A DNA stretch of 64,000 bases from Microgenomates group bacterium (GTDB lineage Bacteria; Patescibacteriota; Microgenomatia; UBA1400; MFAQ01). Shown piece by piece: positions 1 through 10,349 of this stretch. The stretch spans positions 444,541 to 508,540 of the forward strand of contig JBAQNH010000002.1 of NCBI GenBank assembly GCA_049303575.1. The letters are read 5' to 3'. Under the pieces are notes generated by a model. That model did not search any database. It was not told the DNA's origin and saw only the letters and a program-made list of their open reading frames with translations. Numbering within the stretch: the stretch's first letter is position 1; every line of letters begins with the position of its first letter. Made by a program: the position numbers and the translations under genes.

Positions 1-85
1 TTATTATGGAGCTAAATTAGATAAGTTTGATATATATCCACTTGTATATGATTATGGTGGAGTGAAGATTTGGAGGTTAAGATAG
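1..85 (+). CDS. 3' end of an upstream gene (last ~27 codons, ...YYGAKLDKFDIYPLVYDYGGVKIWRLR*); function unknown
   Basis: Open frame 2 runs from the window edge to TAG at 83-85. A GGAGG RBS for the next gene lies inside it. Confidence 0.25.
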   Translation, partial: YYGAKLDKFDIYPLVYDYGGVKIWRLR

Positions 86-88
86 TCT

Positions 89-1969
89 ATGTGTGGAATT
101 GCTGGAAAACTCTATTTTGCAAAAGACAAAGAAGTCACTGTTTCTCAGGTAGAGAAAATGACCGAGTCAATTAAACACAGGGGGCCGGATGATGATGGTG
201 TATACATTTCCCCAGACAAAACAGTAGGCCTAGGTCACAGAAGACTTTCCATAATTGATCTCTCACCATTGGGTCATCAGCCGATGAATTATCTAAATAG
301 ATACTGGATTGTATTCAATGGCGAAATTTACAATTACCTAGATGAAAAATCCAAACTAGAAAAGTTTGGATACAATTTTTCCTCTCATTCAGACACTGAA
401 GTAATCATGGCACTATATGACAAGTATGGTTTCAAATGCCTCGATCATTTAAGGGGGATGTTTTCTTTTGCAATCTATGACGAGAAAGAAAAAACAATAT
501 TTTGTGCTAGAGATAGGGTAGGAAAGAAACCATTTAAATACTACACAGACGACAATGTGTTTATTTTTGCCTCTGAACTGAAAGCTATCCTTACTCAAAA
601 AGAATACAAAAAGGAACCAGATTTTGAAGCGATTTATCATTATCTTACTCTTCAATATGTTCCTTCTCCTCTAACTGGTTTTGTTGGAATAAAGAAGCTA
701 GAACCCGCTCATTACCTTTTTATAGATATAAAAACAAGAAAATTAATCAAAAGAAGATACTGGAAACTTAACTACAAAAATAAACTAAATCTTAGTGAGA
801 CAGAGTGGAAAAAGAGGATAATCAGTAAACTCAGGGAATCAGTAAAAATTAGGATGCTAGCTTCTGATGTCCCTGTCGGGGCATTTCTTTCAGGAGGAAC
901 TGACTCAAGTGCAATTGTCGCTATGATGAGTAGTATAAGTAATGCGCCTGTCAAGACATACACAATCAGTTTTGATGAAGAAGAATTTGATGAATCAAAA
1001 TATGCAGAAATGATTTCGAAAGAATTTCATACAGATCACACAATCTTTTCAGTAAAACCTGACGCTATTAGAATACTGCCTTTATTAGTCAAACAATATG
1101 AAGAGCCCTATGCTGACAGCAGTGCTCTACCAACATATTATTTGTCGAAGTTGACAAGAAAAGGGGTTACCGTTGCTCTTAATGGAGACGGGGGAGACGA
1201 AAACTTCGGTGGATATGAACGCTACTCTATCCAGAAAATTGCTCTTTTCCTTGAAAAATTTGGTGTCCTAAATACTCTATTTTTCAAACCAATATCTCGA
1301 ATGATCTTCGAAATAATACCTACTGTTTTTACCGAGAGACTTGCAAGATTATTTTGCATGTTGAATTGGGATTATCGAGAACGGTTCGTGGGATTTTCAG
1401 CTTATTTTACTGAAAAAAACAAATCTCATTTATATAAAAACAAACCTAACCTAAATACCTATAAATATATGTCAAGATTTTTCAATCAATCAAAATTTGT
1501 CGACAAACTTGACAACACAATGTATGGAGATTTTTCGAGCTACTTGCCAGAATGCCTTCTGTCTAAAGTAGATATTGCCACCATGTCAGTCTCGTTAGAA
1601 GGAAGATCACCATTCCTTGACCATGAATTTCTTGAATTAACGGCACAAATTCCAAACAAGCTAAAAATTAAAGGTATAAATCAATTAAAACACATTCTAA
1701 AAGAATCCTTTAGAGGATTAATCCCAGATGAGGTCATGGACAGACCAAAAAGAGGTTTTTCGGTACCTATTCAAAAATGGTTTAAAAATGATTTAAACAA
1801 TTATATTAGGAACATATTACTTTCCAAGAAGTCGAAAACGTCCACTTTGTTCGATCAAAACTACATCAGAGAAATGATAGATAATCACACCAATGGAAAA
1901 GAAAACTATGGTCACAAACTTTGGGCACTATTGACCCTAGAATTATGGTTTAGAGAATATTTTTCATGA
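89..1969 (+). CDS. asnB: Asparagine synthetase B-like glutamine amidotransferase (WbpS-type, likely sugar-acid amidation)
   Basis: N-terminal MCGIAG, where Cys2 is the class-II GATase nucleophile. SGGTDSS PP-loop at ~aa 268. Length 626 aa. GGAGG RBS at ~72. Confidence 0.85.
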   Translation: MCGIAGKLYFAKDKEVTVSQVEKMTESIKHRGPDDDGVYISPDKTVGLGHRRLSIIDLSPLGHQPMNYLNRYWIVFNGEIYNYLDEKSKLEKFGYNFSSHSDTEVIMALYDKYGFKCLDHLRGMFSFAIYDEKEKTIFCARDRVGKKPFKYYTDDNVFIFASELKAILTQKEYKKEPDFEAIYHYLTLQYVPSPLTGFVGIKKLEPAHYLFIDIKTRKLIKRRYWKLNYKNKLNLSETEWKKRIISKLRESVKIRMLASDVPVGAFLSGGTDSSAIVAMMSSISNAPVKTYTISFDEEEFDESKYAEMISKEFHTDHTIFSVKPDAIRILPLLVKQYEEPYADSSALPTYYLSKLTRKGVTVALNGDGGDENFGGYERYSIQKIALFLEKFGVLNTLFFKPISRMIFEIIPTVFTERLARLFCMLNWDYRERFVGFSAYFTEKNKSHLYKNKPNLNTYKYMSRFFNQSKFVDKLDNTMYGDFSSYLPECLLSKVDIATMSVSLEGRSPFLDHEFLELTAQIPNKLKIKGINQLKHILKESFRGLIPDEVMDRPKRGFSVPIQKWFKNDLNNYIRNILLSKKSKTSTLFDQNYIREMIDNHTNGKENYGHKLWALLTLELWFREYFS

Positions 1970-3036
1970 AACTATCACATTTCAAATTTTTATCCGACCC
2001 AATCGACAATAGTGTTCTAAAGCTAACAATATTAAAACAAGTCAAAGACGAAATTGTTGATGGAATATTACTTGGTAAAAGTTGCTGGTACCCTGTCATT
2101 GACGGTGTTCCCAGGATGTTAACAGCTCAATCAAAAATTGAACTACTCCAACGAAAAACTTCATTTTTAAATAAATACAAAAACAAACTTAATCCAAAAA
2201 TAATTACTGAATGGAAACAAAATATCAGGGAAACAAAAAATAAATCACCATTTGAAATACATCAACAAAAAACCGCAGACAGTTTTGCGTACGAATGGAA
2301 GAATATTTATCAAGAAAACTCATTCGAGAAAAATAATTTTTTTCATTTTCTAACACCATTTATAAAAGAGAATGATTTTAACGGAAAAATAACTGTAGAT
2401 ATTGGTTGTGGTTCTGGAAGATTTACCAAGTGGGCGGCACTAGGAGGCGCCAAGGTGGCATTTGGGGTCGATCTTGGAGATAGTGTCGAAGTTGCTTATG
2501 AGATGACGAAAACCTATGGAAATGTCGCCATAATACAGGCCGATATATATGCCCTTCCTCTAAACAGAGTAATAGATATTGCTTACAGTATCGGAGTACT
2601 TCATCACATACCAAAACCAAAACTAGGTTTCTTAAAACTAATCAAAGCGCTTAAGAAAAATGGGAAAATGCTTATTTGGGTATATAGCCGTCGTCACAAC
2701 AATAGGGCAATATATTTGTATGAACCTTTAAGGGCAATTAGTCGACACATTCCCAAACCAATTTTGTACAAGCTGTGTTACATACCGGCTTCTATTGTTC
2801 ACTTGTGGAATTTACTTTGTAAATTGTTTAAGTGGAAAAAAATGCCCTTTTTCTACTACGAAAATTTTTCTTTCAATATGAAGTTAAATGATGCATTTGA
2901 TGTACTGGCAACTCCAAAGAGCAATTATTATTATTCGGAAGAGATTGAAAATTGGTTCAAAGAAGCAAAGCTCAAAAGCATAAAATCATTTGAACATCCG
3001 GAAGCAGGGATTACTTGTATTGGAACATATGTCTAA
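1966..3036 (+). CDS. Class I SAM-dependent methyltransferase with N-terminal Trm112-like module
   Basis: CWYPVIDGVPRML resembles the Trm112/UPF0434 Y-P-I-x-DG-I-P-x-LL motif. VDIGCGSGRFT is motif I. ATGA start/stop overlap with the asnB-like gene. Confidence 0.75.
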   Translation: MKLSHFKFLSDPIDNSVLKLTILKQVKDEIVDGILLGKSCWYPVIDGVPRMLTAQSKIELLQRKTSFLNKYKNKLNPKIITEWKQNIRETKNKSPFEIHQQKTADSFAYEWKNIYQENSFEKNNFFHFLTPFIKENDFNGKITVDIGCGSGRFTKWAALGGAKVAFGVDLGDSVEVAYEMTKTYGNVAIIQADIYALPLNRVIDIAYSIGVLHHIPKPKLGFLKLIKALKKNGKMLIWVYSRRHNNRAIYLYEPLRAISRHIPKPILYKLCYIPASIVHLWNLLCKLFKWKKMPFFYYENFSFNMKLNDAFDVLATPKSNYYYSEEIENWFKEAKLKSIKSFEHPEAGITCIGTYV

Positions 3037-4117
3037 AAAAGTAATAGTTCATTTAATTCAATCGTTAGATAGTGGGGGGTGTGAAAACATGCTTCTACGG
3101 ACGTTGCCACTCATGAAGAAATTCGATCATGTAATAATCACTCTAAACAAAAGAGGAAATCTTGCTGATAAATTTGAGGGAAAAGGAGTCCGAGTTGTAA
3201 ATATCAATCAGAAGAGTCTGGTTGATTTATTCTCATATCGTCGATTAAAAATTAAGATAAAACAATTAAAACCAAATTTAATTATTACTTATTTGTTTCA
3301 TGCAGATTTGATTGGAAGATTGTATCTCCAGTCAATTTCTAAAATAAAGGTTGTCCCATTTTTACGAACAACATACAATCATAAAAATTATTGGCAAGCC
3401 AGGTTATTTGAAAAGCTTACCAAAGGATTGGTTTATGAATATCTTGCAAACTCAGAAGCAGTCAAAGATTATTATGTTAATCAGATAGGAGTCAAAAAAA
3501 ATAATATTACTGTGATTCCAAACGGTATTGATATAGATTATTACAATAGTATTCCAAAAGATCTTACACTTAGGAAGAATATGGGTATCAAACTATCTGA
3601 TACTGTCATAATTTGTGTGGCAAACCTACATGTTAATAAAGGGCACAAATATCTACTAGAAGCCTTTGAGTTGTTATATAAAACGAACAAGAATATTAAA
3701 CTATTACTAGTTGGGGATGGTGTAGAAAAGGAAAATCTCTTGAATCAAATATATAGTTATCATTCAAAAAATTATATTCTCTTTTTAGGAAATAGAAATG
3801 ATGTTCCTTTGCTTCTAAAAATATCAGATATATTTGTTCTTCCAACATTATTTGAAGGAATGAGTAATGCTATCTTAGAAGCGATGGCAGTAGGTTTACC
3901 TGTTATTTCAACCAAGATTCCTGAAAATATTTCGATTTTGGGAGCTAACGATTTAGTAGAATCGGAATCGAGTGAATCTATTTACCAAAAATTATTCCAG
4001 TATCTTTCAGGAGTAAGTTTATCAAATATGATTATAAAACAAAAGAAAATTATTAAATCAAATTTTGATCTCTCAATAGTATCCAAGGATTTTGAAAATT
4101 ATTTACAAGGGAAATGA
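3029..4117 (+). CDS. Glycosyltransferase family 4
   Basis: C-terminal FEGMSNAILEAMAVGLPVISTKIPE is the GT4 EX7E motif. The track ORF starts at 2990; the internal ATG at 3029 removes the overlap with the upstream gene. Confidence 0.8.
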   Translation: MSKKVIVHLIQSLDSGGCENMLLRTLPLMKKFDHVIITLNKRGNLADKFEGKGVRVVNINQKSLVDLFSYRRLKIKIKQLKPNLIITYLFHADLIGRLYLQSISKIKVVPFLRTTYNHKNYWQARLFEKLTKGLVYEYLANSEAVKDYYVNQIGVKKNNITVIPNGIDIDYYNSIPKDLTLRKNMGIKLSDTVIICVANLHVNKGHKYLLEAFELLYKTNKNIKLLLVGDGVEKENLLNQIYSYHSKNYILFLGNRNDVPLLLKISDIFVLPTLFEGMSNAILEAMAVGLPVISTKIPENISILGANDLVESESSESIYQKLFQYLSGVSLSNMIIKQKKIIKSNFDLSIVSKDFENYLQGK

Positions 4118-4845
4118 AACCGACATATATTTTTAGAGTTGATGACATCTGTCCGACAATGAATTGGAAAAACTTTGATCGGCTTGAAGAGATATTTGAT
4201 AAATATAATATAAAACCTATTGTAGGAATAATCCCAGACAATAAAGATACCAAATTACATGTTAATAATCCAAATATTGAATATTGGAAAAGAATGAAAT
4301 TGCTTGTAACAAAGGGGTGGGTAATTGCCCAACACGGTTATCAACACCAATATATTAATAAGGAACCTGGCATGTTAGGTATTACTAATCATAGTGAATT
4401 TTCAAAAATAAAATATTCTGAGCAATATAAGAAAATTTCATCAGGTAAAAAAATATTAGAAAAAAAATTAGGAATAAAAATAAAATGGTGGATGGCACCA
4501 TCTCACAGTTTTGATGAAACCACGTGTAAGGTATTAGTAGATCTCAAATTCAAATATATTACCGATGGAATAGCCCTTTATCCGTATATAAGAAATGGAT
4601 TAATTTGGGTACCACAACAATTATGGAAGCCTGCTAAAAAATTATTTGGAGTCTGGACGATTTGTATACATCCAAACTCAGAGAATGATATGACTTTGTC
4701 CACAATTGAACGTTTTATCGTTAACAACATGATAGGAAATTCAGATATTGACTTGTTAATTCGATATTCAATATTTAATTATCTATATTATATATATTGG
4801 AAAATAATCCATATTATGTCAAGAATTTATGAATTACATAGATAA
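4114..4845 (+). CDS. DUF2334-like putative polysaccharide deacetylase
   Basis: N-terminal FRVDDICP, and HGYQH in the middle, match the DUF2334 pattern from memory. ATGA overlap with the upstream GT. Confidence 0.5.
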   Translation: MKPTYIFRVDDICPTMNWKNFDRLEEIFDKYNIKPIVGIIPDNKDTKLHVNNPNIEYWKRMKLLVTKGWVIAQHGYQHQYINKEPGMLGITNHSEFSKIKYSEQYKKISSGKKILEKKLGIKIKWWMAPSHSFDETTCKVLVDLKFKYITDGIALYPYIRNGLIWVPQQLWKPAKKLFGVWTICIHPNSENDMTLSTIERFIVNNMIGNSDIDLLIRYSIFNYLYYIYWKIIHIMSRIYELHR

Positions 4846-5548
4846 TACATTTCGATATACCAACGCGAGTATTTACGACAGGAGGTCTATAAAACCAATT
4901 GAAAAATATATTAAGTCAATTTGGGATCCAATATTAATCAATACACTTAGAAAGAATATCTCACCGAATGATATTATATGCGATTTAGGTTCTGGAACAT
5001 TTGAATATACACAATATATGGGAATGGCAAAAGAAATATTTGCAGTAGAAATTAACAAGAAAATGATTGATGGAGGAACGAATAAAATTAAACATATTAG
5101 CAATAAAGTAAACATCCTTTGTGAAAACGCGCTTTCTAGTAGTATTGCAAATAAATCTTGTTCAATAGTTTGGATCATAGGATTGTTAGAATATGTTGAC
5201 TTGCATAAAATATTTGATGAAATAGGTCGTGTTAGTAAAAATAAGACGAAGTTATTTATCCAATTTCCTAATCTATTTCATCCATATAATTTTGGTATTA
5301 ATATAATTTATAAAATACTTGGTATACCAATAAAAAAATATCATACATTGTCAGAAGTGAAAACAATCGCACGTCAAAATGGATTTATTCTTAAAAAAAC
5401 AACGAGTAGAGGAATATTTCTACTAGTACCAGAATCAGTTCAAGACAAGCTAATTTGGCTTTGGAAAATACTTGAAAAGGTTGTAAAACCTATACAATCT
5501 ATATTTCCATTAGGAATCAACGTATTCTGTGAGTTTGAGAAAGGATGA
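4829..5548 (+). CDS. Class I SAM-dependent methyltransferase
   Basis: ICDLGSGTFEY is a motif I variant, followed by an acidic residue; a WIIGLLEYV motif II-like segment follows. Confidence 0.6.
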   Translation: MNYIDNTFRYTNASIYDRRSIKPIEKYIKSIWDPILINTLRKNISPNDIICDLGSGTFEYTQYMGMAKEIFAVEINKKMIDGGTNKIKHISNKVNILCENALSSSIANKSCSIVWIIGLLEYVDLHKIFDEIGRVSKNKTKLFIQFPNLFHPYNFGINIIYKILGIPIKKYHTLSEVKTIARQNGFILKKTTSRGIFLLVPESVQDKLIWLWKILEKVVKPIQSIFPLGINVFCEFEKG

Positions 5549-6623
5549 GACTCGACCATTGTTTGGAGATTTGCCTTATATCATGATTTGCACAAACGTA
5601 TTTATAAGCGTTTGATGATTTGGTTTTATATTCTCCTGAATTTCTAAGAAGACGATCAACCTGCTTAATAAATAATCCAAAATCATTATTTGAAAAATAT
5701 CCAAGGTTATATGTAGAAATGAAATTATCGGGGTTAACATTAAGTGATACAACAGGAGTTTTTCCAACACATGCCTGAAGATATACGTTTGGGAATCCTT
5801 CAAATTTAGATGTTCCAACTAATAGTTTAGCTTTATTAAAATACGTTTGTATTTTATCGAACGGAACACTTTCAACAAATTTAAGATTGTTAATATATTT
5901 AGATTCATTATAGATTGTGTTCCAAAGTATACGATTTGATGATTTTGGCATTATCATAACAAACTTATTATCAGGTAGTAATCTACATAATTGTAAAAAT
6001 AAATTTGGTTGTTTTACTTCTCTTGCTGATCCAACCCACAATATATATTCACCCTTTGCCTTGATTGAATTTTCAATATTAATACCATTCCTTATTACAA
6101 TAGAATTTTTATTGTGAAATTTTTTTAGGTCACTTTTTTGCTGTTTGTTTTGAACAATTACGATATCCGCATTTATTAATCCGTATCTATAGACCTGTCC
6201 AAAAAAATATCCCATTAACCTAATTTTTTCATTCGTACAGTCAACGCTACTGGCGGAACGGAATATAAAACGCTTTCCATATATTTTGCAGAATAATGCA
6301 ATTAGTCCTATTTCAAACCCTGCTGAAGATGAAATGAATATATCTGAATCTGCCTTTACAAGAGATTTCCACAATACAAAAGGAACGGCAAGAATATTAA
6401 AAATATTCTTTTTCAATGAAATAGATTTTATTATTTCGATATTCTTCTTCTTTTGATTTACAGTGCCAAAATCACCAACTATAAATTTAATCTTAAAGTT
6501 TTTGTTAGTACTTAATATTTCAGAAATTTGACCAAGTTGCGATTCCGTCCCACCAATTGAAACCGTCGAATCATTCGAAAAATATGAAAACGAAAATAAA
6601 TTTACGAAGCAAATACTTGTCAT
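5517..6623 (-). CDS. Glycosyltransferase family 4
   Basis: SKFEGFPNVYLQACVGKTPVVS is the GT4 E-x7-E region. Last gene of a 10-gene minus-strand operon. Confidence 0.75.
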   Translation of the reverse strand: MTSICFVNLFSFSYFSNDSTVSIGGTESQLGQISEILSTNKNFKIKFIVGDFGTVNQKKKNIEIIKSISLKKNIFNILAVPFVLWKSLVKADSDIFISSSAGFEIGLIALFCKIYGKRFIFRSASSVDCTNEKIRLMGYFFGQVYRYGLINADIVIVQNKQQKSDLKKFHNKNSIVIRNGINIENSIKAKGEYILWVGSAREVKQPNLFLQLCRLLPDNKFVMIMPKSSNRILWNTIYNESKYINNLKFVESVPFDKIQTYFNKAKLLVGTSKFEGFPNVYLQACVGKTPVVSLNVNPDNFISTYNLGYFSNNDFGLFIKQVDRLLRNSGEYKTKSSNAYKYVCANHDIRQISKQWSSLILSQTHRIR

Positions 6624-7378
6624 TTCTTAAGTATTGTAACTATATACGGAGACCACCATTTACAATCTCTAAATGAAATATTTAAGAGACGAGATAACCA
6701 ATCTATAATAATTTGAAATAAATATCCAATTCTTAATAACCATATATTTCCAGAAAACAGCCCAAAGTTAATTCCACCAACATAATCGTTAAATATAATT
6801 TTTAGTTTATATTCTTTTGAAATGTTTTCAAAATATTTAAGGTTCATTACTTCATCGTTGTGAATATTTAAAACTCTTCGATCAAGTATTGTTTGAATAT
6901 ATTTATTAATTCCGTTTAAATTGGGTACAATAATAATTATTAATCCTCTGGGCTTTGTTAAATTTACGTGAATTTTTATAATATCATCTAACATTTTTCC
7001 TCTAAAGTGCTCTATGAAACCTGCTGAAAAAACGACATCGTACTGTATATCATTTTTATACTTGAGAATATTTGATTTGATTAAAGTCGATTTAATATTT
7101 AGATAGTCCAGATTCCTTTTTGAGATTTCTATTGCATTATTGGTATAGTCAAGCCCGTATACTTGATATCCAAATACTGTATGAAAATAATGCATCCAAC
7201 TTCCTGGTGCACAACCAATTTCAAAAAATTCAATTTTTTTCGATTTTGATAATTTATCAATAAATATATTATTTAATCGTAAAAACGGTAAGCTATGTAA
7301 ATTTTCAGTAATTGGAAGCCTTCTTTCTCTTTTATATAACCGATTCCAATATGATTTTGAAGTCATTTCTTCCTTCAT
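6620..7378 (-). CDS. Class I SAM-dependent methyltransferase
   Basis: FFEIGCAPGSWMHYF matches motif I. The gene overlaps its neighbour in the minus-strand operon. Confidence 0.65.
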   Translation of the reverse strand: MKEEMTSKSYWNRLYKRERRLPITENLHSLPFLRLNNIFIDKLSKSKKIEFFEIGCAPGSWMHYFHTVFGYQVYGLDYTNNAIEISKRNLDYLNIKSTLIKSNILKYKNDIQYDVVFSAGFIEHFRGKMLDDIIKIHVNLTKPRGLIIIIVPNLNGINKYIQTILDRRVLNIHNDEVMNLKYFENISKEYKLKIIFNDYVGGINFGLFSGNIWLLRIGYLFQIIIDWLSRLLNISFRDCKWWSPYIVTILKK

Positions 7379-7397
7379 AAGGATAAATTTATTAGAA

Positions 7398-8246
7398 TCA
7401 TTTTTTAAAAAATAGTATCTGATGGCAACCTAAATTATCTGAACTAATAATTTTCTTAACAAAAAATCCTTTGTTGCTAAAATAGTTAATTAATTCGTCA
7501 ACAGAGGCGTATTCGTACGGATAACCGCCAAGCCAATCTTTGATATCTGTCGTAAAAAACATTCCTCTATTGTTGTAGTTTTTGATGTATAAAAATGGAT
7601 TCCTCAAGGTCAGAATGTATCCAAAAACAAACCATATATAGTAAAGATACTCAATAATTTTTTTACCAAACCAACCAGAAGAATTATATGTTTTTTTTAT
7701 CTTAAGCCATAAATCTGATGAACCTGAAAACAATGCACTCAATCCCCGGTTTTTGTTATATATAGCTAATATCAAATAACTATTTTTTTTACATATTTTA
7801 ATAATATTGTTAAAGGCTTGATACATATCTCCGGTGTGATGAAGAACACCCCATGAATAGACAATGTCGAATTTTCCCAACGAATTGACGAATTTTTGAT
7901 TCAATATAGAACCATGTTTTACAAGCCAATTAATGGGATTATCCTCCTGTTGTTTAAGACGATTTACACACTTGATAGAATATTTATCGATATCAACACT
8001 TAGCAGCTTTGCAACCCCAAAACGGTAAGCTGCAAATGAAAACAAACCGCTTCCACATCCAATGTCAATAAATGACTTGTTTTTAAGCTGTGACTTAGAT
8101 ATGAGATCCAACATTGAATTTTCAGCTTGTATGATTTTTTTTGGTGATACTTTATTCAGGTATTCTTGCCAGTTTTCGCCAAAACTAAAATGATCTTTAT
8201 CCTTGTATGAATTTTCATATAATAAATGGTGATCTCTTTTTTTCAT
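7398..8246 (-). CDS. Class I SAM-dependent methyltransferase
   Basis: FIDIGCGSGLFSFAA is motif I; VDID and VYSWGVLHH follow downstream. Confidence 0.75.
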   Translation of the reverse strand: MKKRDHHLLYENSYKDKDHFSFGENWQEYLNKVSPKKIIQAENSMLDLISKSQLKNKSFIDIGCGSGLFSFAAYRFGVAKLLSVDIDKYSIKCVNRLKQQEDNPINWLVKHGSILNQKFVNSLGKFDIVYSWGVLHHTGDMYQAFNNIIKICKKNSYLILAIYNKNRGLSALFSGSSDLWLKIKKTYNSSGWFGKKIIEYLYYIWFVFGYILTLRNPFLYIKNYNNRGMFFTTDIKDWLGGYPYEYASVDELINYFSNKGFFVKKIISSDNLGCHQILFFKK

Positions 8247-8262
8247 GGGAAGTAAAAACTAT

Positions 8263-9561
8263 TTAGTCATTTCTAATTGCTCTTTTAACAAAAGATGATG
8301 TGAAATTTGCCCCCCCCTTATTAAAAGATTTTAATAATTTATCCATATCAGTCCAAAAGATGTCAGAAATATTCTTCTCGCTAAACTGTTCCAATACATA
8401 ATTGCGGCCATTTATTGCGATGCGCTCTAATTCATTTTGATGTCTTTGATAATATTTAATCTTTTCTATCAACATTGAAAAACTGCCATCATATGAAATA
8501 TAATTCAGCCCATTAATCATACCTATTCGTTTATACATATCATCTTCAAGACCAATATAGGCACAACCACACGCCATCCCTTCAAAAACATTTACAGAAG
8601 GCAGACCGACAATTTCTTCTGGACTAATGAACATTTTATATGAATTGTATTTTTCCACAATATTAAATGAAAAATATTTATTTAAAAAATTTGGATAAAA
8701 TTTCTCCAAAATAAAATAAGGTAAATATTTCTTGCAGATTTTAGTTACAAAGGAATCGTTTTTTTTGGCGGTTTTTAAATTGTTGATATCGTCGTATAAA
8801 TATAGTAAAAACTCGATCTGTTTTTGATATTTAGATATTTTTCTATTATCATATAAAGTTTTTCTCATAGGATGCAGATTTTGCCCCTTACCGAAATAGT
8901 CGTTTAGGGGATGGGTAATAGCTTGTGAAATGGTTCCAACTGCCATGCACTTGTCACTTCTATCCGAAAATGTTTGAGTATCTTTAAATCTGGGAGATAA
9001 AGTAAATGGAAGTTGATATACGCTTTTTACGTCTGGAAAAAAATTCATAAAATACATGTTATGTGATATATCATTTTCAGCAAGAAGGAAGCTATTTTTT
9101 ACAGAAGAAAGATATTTAGATATATGATTTGTTCCAACGAAATAATGAGTTAGATGAGTCAAGACTACACCATCATATTTATGGAATTGCATATTGTTAT
9201 TATTTAGAACATATGATCCATCGATGGTTGAATGTGAATAATTTAAAATAATATCTTTTTTGGGGTTTAGATTATCGACATTAAAATACACTTTCACTTT
9301 TAATGGATTAATATTATTGATAATCATCCAAATTAGTAACTCAATGTAGGATATAACTTTTGATAACAACACAAATCTGATTCCTATCCCGTTTAATGAA
9401 GATTTTGAGCCATCAACAATAAATGCTACATCTCTATTTTTACTTAATATGTATTCAGTAATGAAAAAACTATATTTCTTATGACCCTTTCGTGAAATTA
9501 CTAAATCTAAGAGCGTCCTCCCGATTAAATGAACCTGAGGGTTAGATATTACTAATCTCAT
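8263..9561 (-). CDS. CgeB-like / GT1-type glycosyltransferase (C-terminal Glyco_trans_1_2-like domain)
   Basis: C-terminal VFEGMACGCAYIG...LIEKIKYYQRHQNELERIAINGRNYVLEQFS resembles the CgeB/DUF3880 family C-terminal domain. Confidence 0.55.
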   Translation of the reverse strand: MRLVISNPQVHLIGRTLLDLVISRKGHKKYSFFITEYILSKNRDVAFIVDGSKSSLNGIGIRFVLLSKVISYIELLIWMIINNINPLKVKVYFNVDNLNPKKDIILNYSHSTIDGSYVLNNNNMQFHKYDGVVLTHLTHYFVGTNHISKYLSSVKNSFLLAENDISHNMYFMNFFPDVKSVYQLPFTLSPRFKDTQTFSDRSDKCMAVGTISQAITHPLNDYFGKGQNLHPMRKTLYDNRKISKYQKQIEFLLYLYDDINNLKTAKKNDSFVTKICKKYLPYFILEKFYPNFLNKYFSFNIVEKYNSYKMFISPEEIVGLPSVNVFEGMACGCAYIGLEDDMYKRIGMINGLNYISYDGSFSMLIEKIKYYQRHQNELERIAINGRNYVLEQFSEKNISDIFWTDMDKLLKSFNKGGANFTSSFVKRAIRND

Positions 9562-10349
9562 TTTTTAATTAAAAGATAATTCTTTGTAAATTTAGTGTTA
9601 GAGTCAACTTTTATTATCCAATCATCACTAATTTTTTTTAAAAATTTGTCTACCACCCTTCTCAGTCCTGAATCGCAGCCGTAATCGTCAAAAAGGATAT
9701 AAGCTTTATCAGCAATAAGATCTCCGTCAATTAAAATATCGAAAATTTCTATTGCAGATTGGGAAACATCACAATCAATGTGTATAAAACAAAACCCCTT
9801 TACATTTATAGTCATTAGATATTTAAGGATCTCCTGTTTTTGTCTATATAAATATTTTTTTATGTGAATTTGTTTTATTGTTTCAGGATATAAGATATTG
9901 CTATTCAGTACATTTTTTTTACACAATCTTAACGACGTATTATTAAACTGTCCCTTAAAAAACAGTTTGTCTTCATAAGGCAATCCTATAAAACCATCAA
10001 TACCAATCAACTTCTTGTTAATAATCGCGAATCTTTCCATAAAATATGCAATCCAAAGCAATGAAAATCCTCGCCATGATCCAAATTCAATAAATTCACC
10101 CTTCAACCCAGAACACTTACTGATAATTTTTTTAAAGTTTATTAATCGACCAATTTGGTGTTCAAATTCTCTATTACCAGTGTTCTTTATTTTATCGTAA
10201 TATTTTTTATTTAAATCATTAATATTATAAATTAAACTCATCGGCTTTAAACTATCTAACAAATTATATTTTTTTATCCCATTAGCCATTAAATATAATT
10301 TGTTAGAAAGTTTTTCTCCTAAAATATTTTTAATAATCTTTTTTATCAT
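9558..10349 (-). CDS. TylF/MycF-family (macrocin-type) sugar O-methyltransferase
   Basis: GEFIEFGSWRGFSL matches the TylF E-x-G-v-w-R-G motif. HIDCDV...ILFDDYG matches the TylF Mg/SAM region. Confidence 0.6.
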   Translation of the reverse strand: MIKKIIKNILGEKLSNKLYLMANGIKKYNLLDSLKPMSLIYNINDLNKKYYDKIKNTGNREFEHQIGRLINFKKIISKCSGLKGEFIEFGSWRGFSLLWIAYFMERFAIINKKLIGIDGFIGLPYEDKLFFKGQFNNTSLRLCKKNVLNSNILYPETIKQIHIKKYLYRQKQEILKYLMTINVKGFCFIHIDCDVSQSAIEIFDILIDGDLIADKAYILFDDYGCDSGLRRVVDKFLKKISDDWIIKVDSNTKFTKNYLLIKK

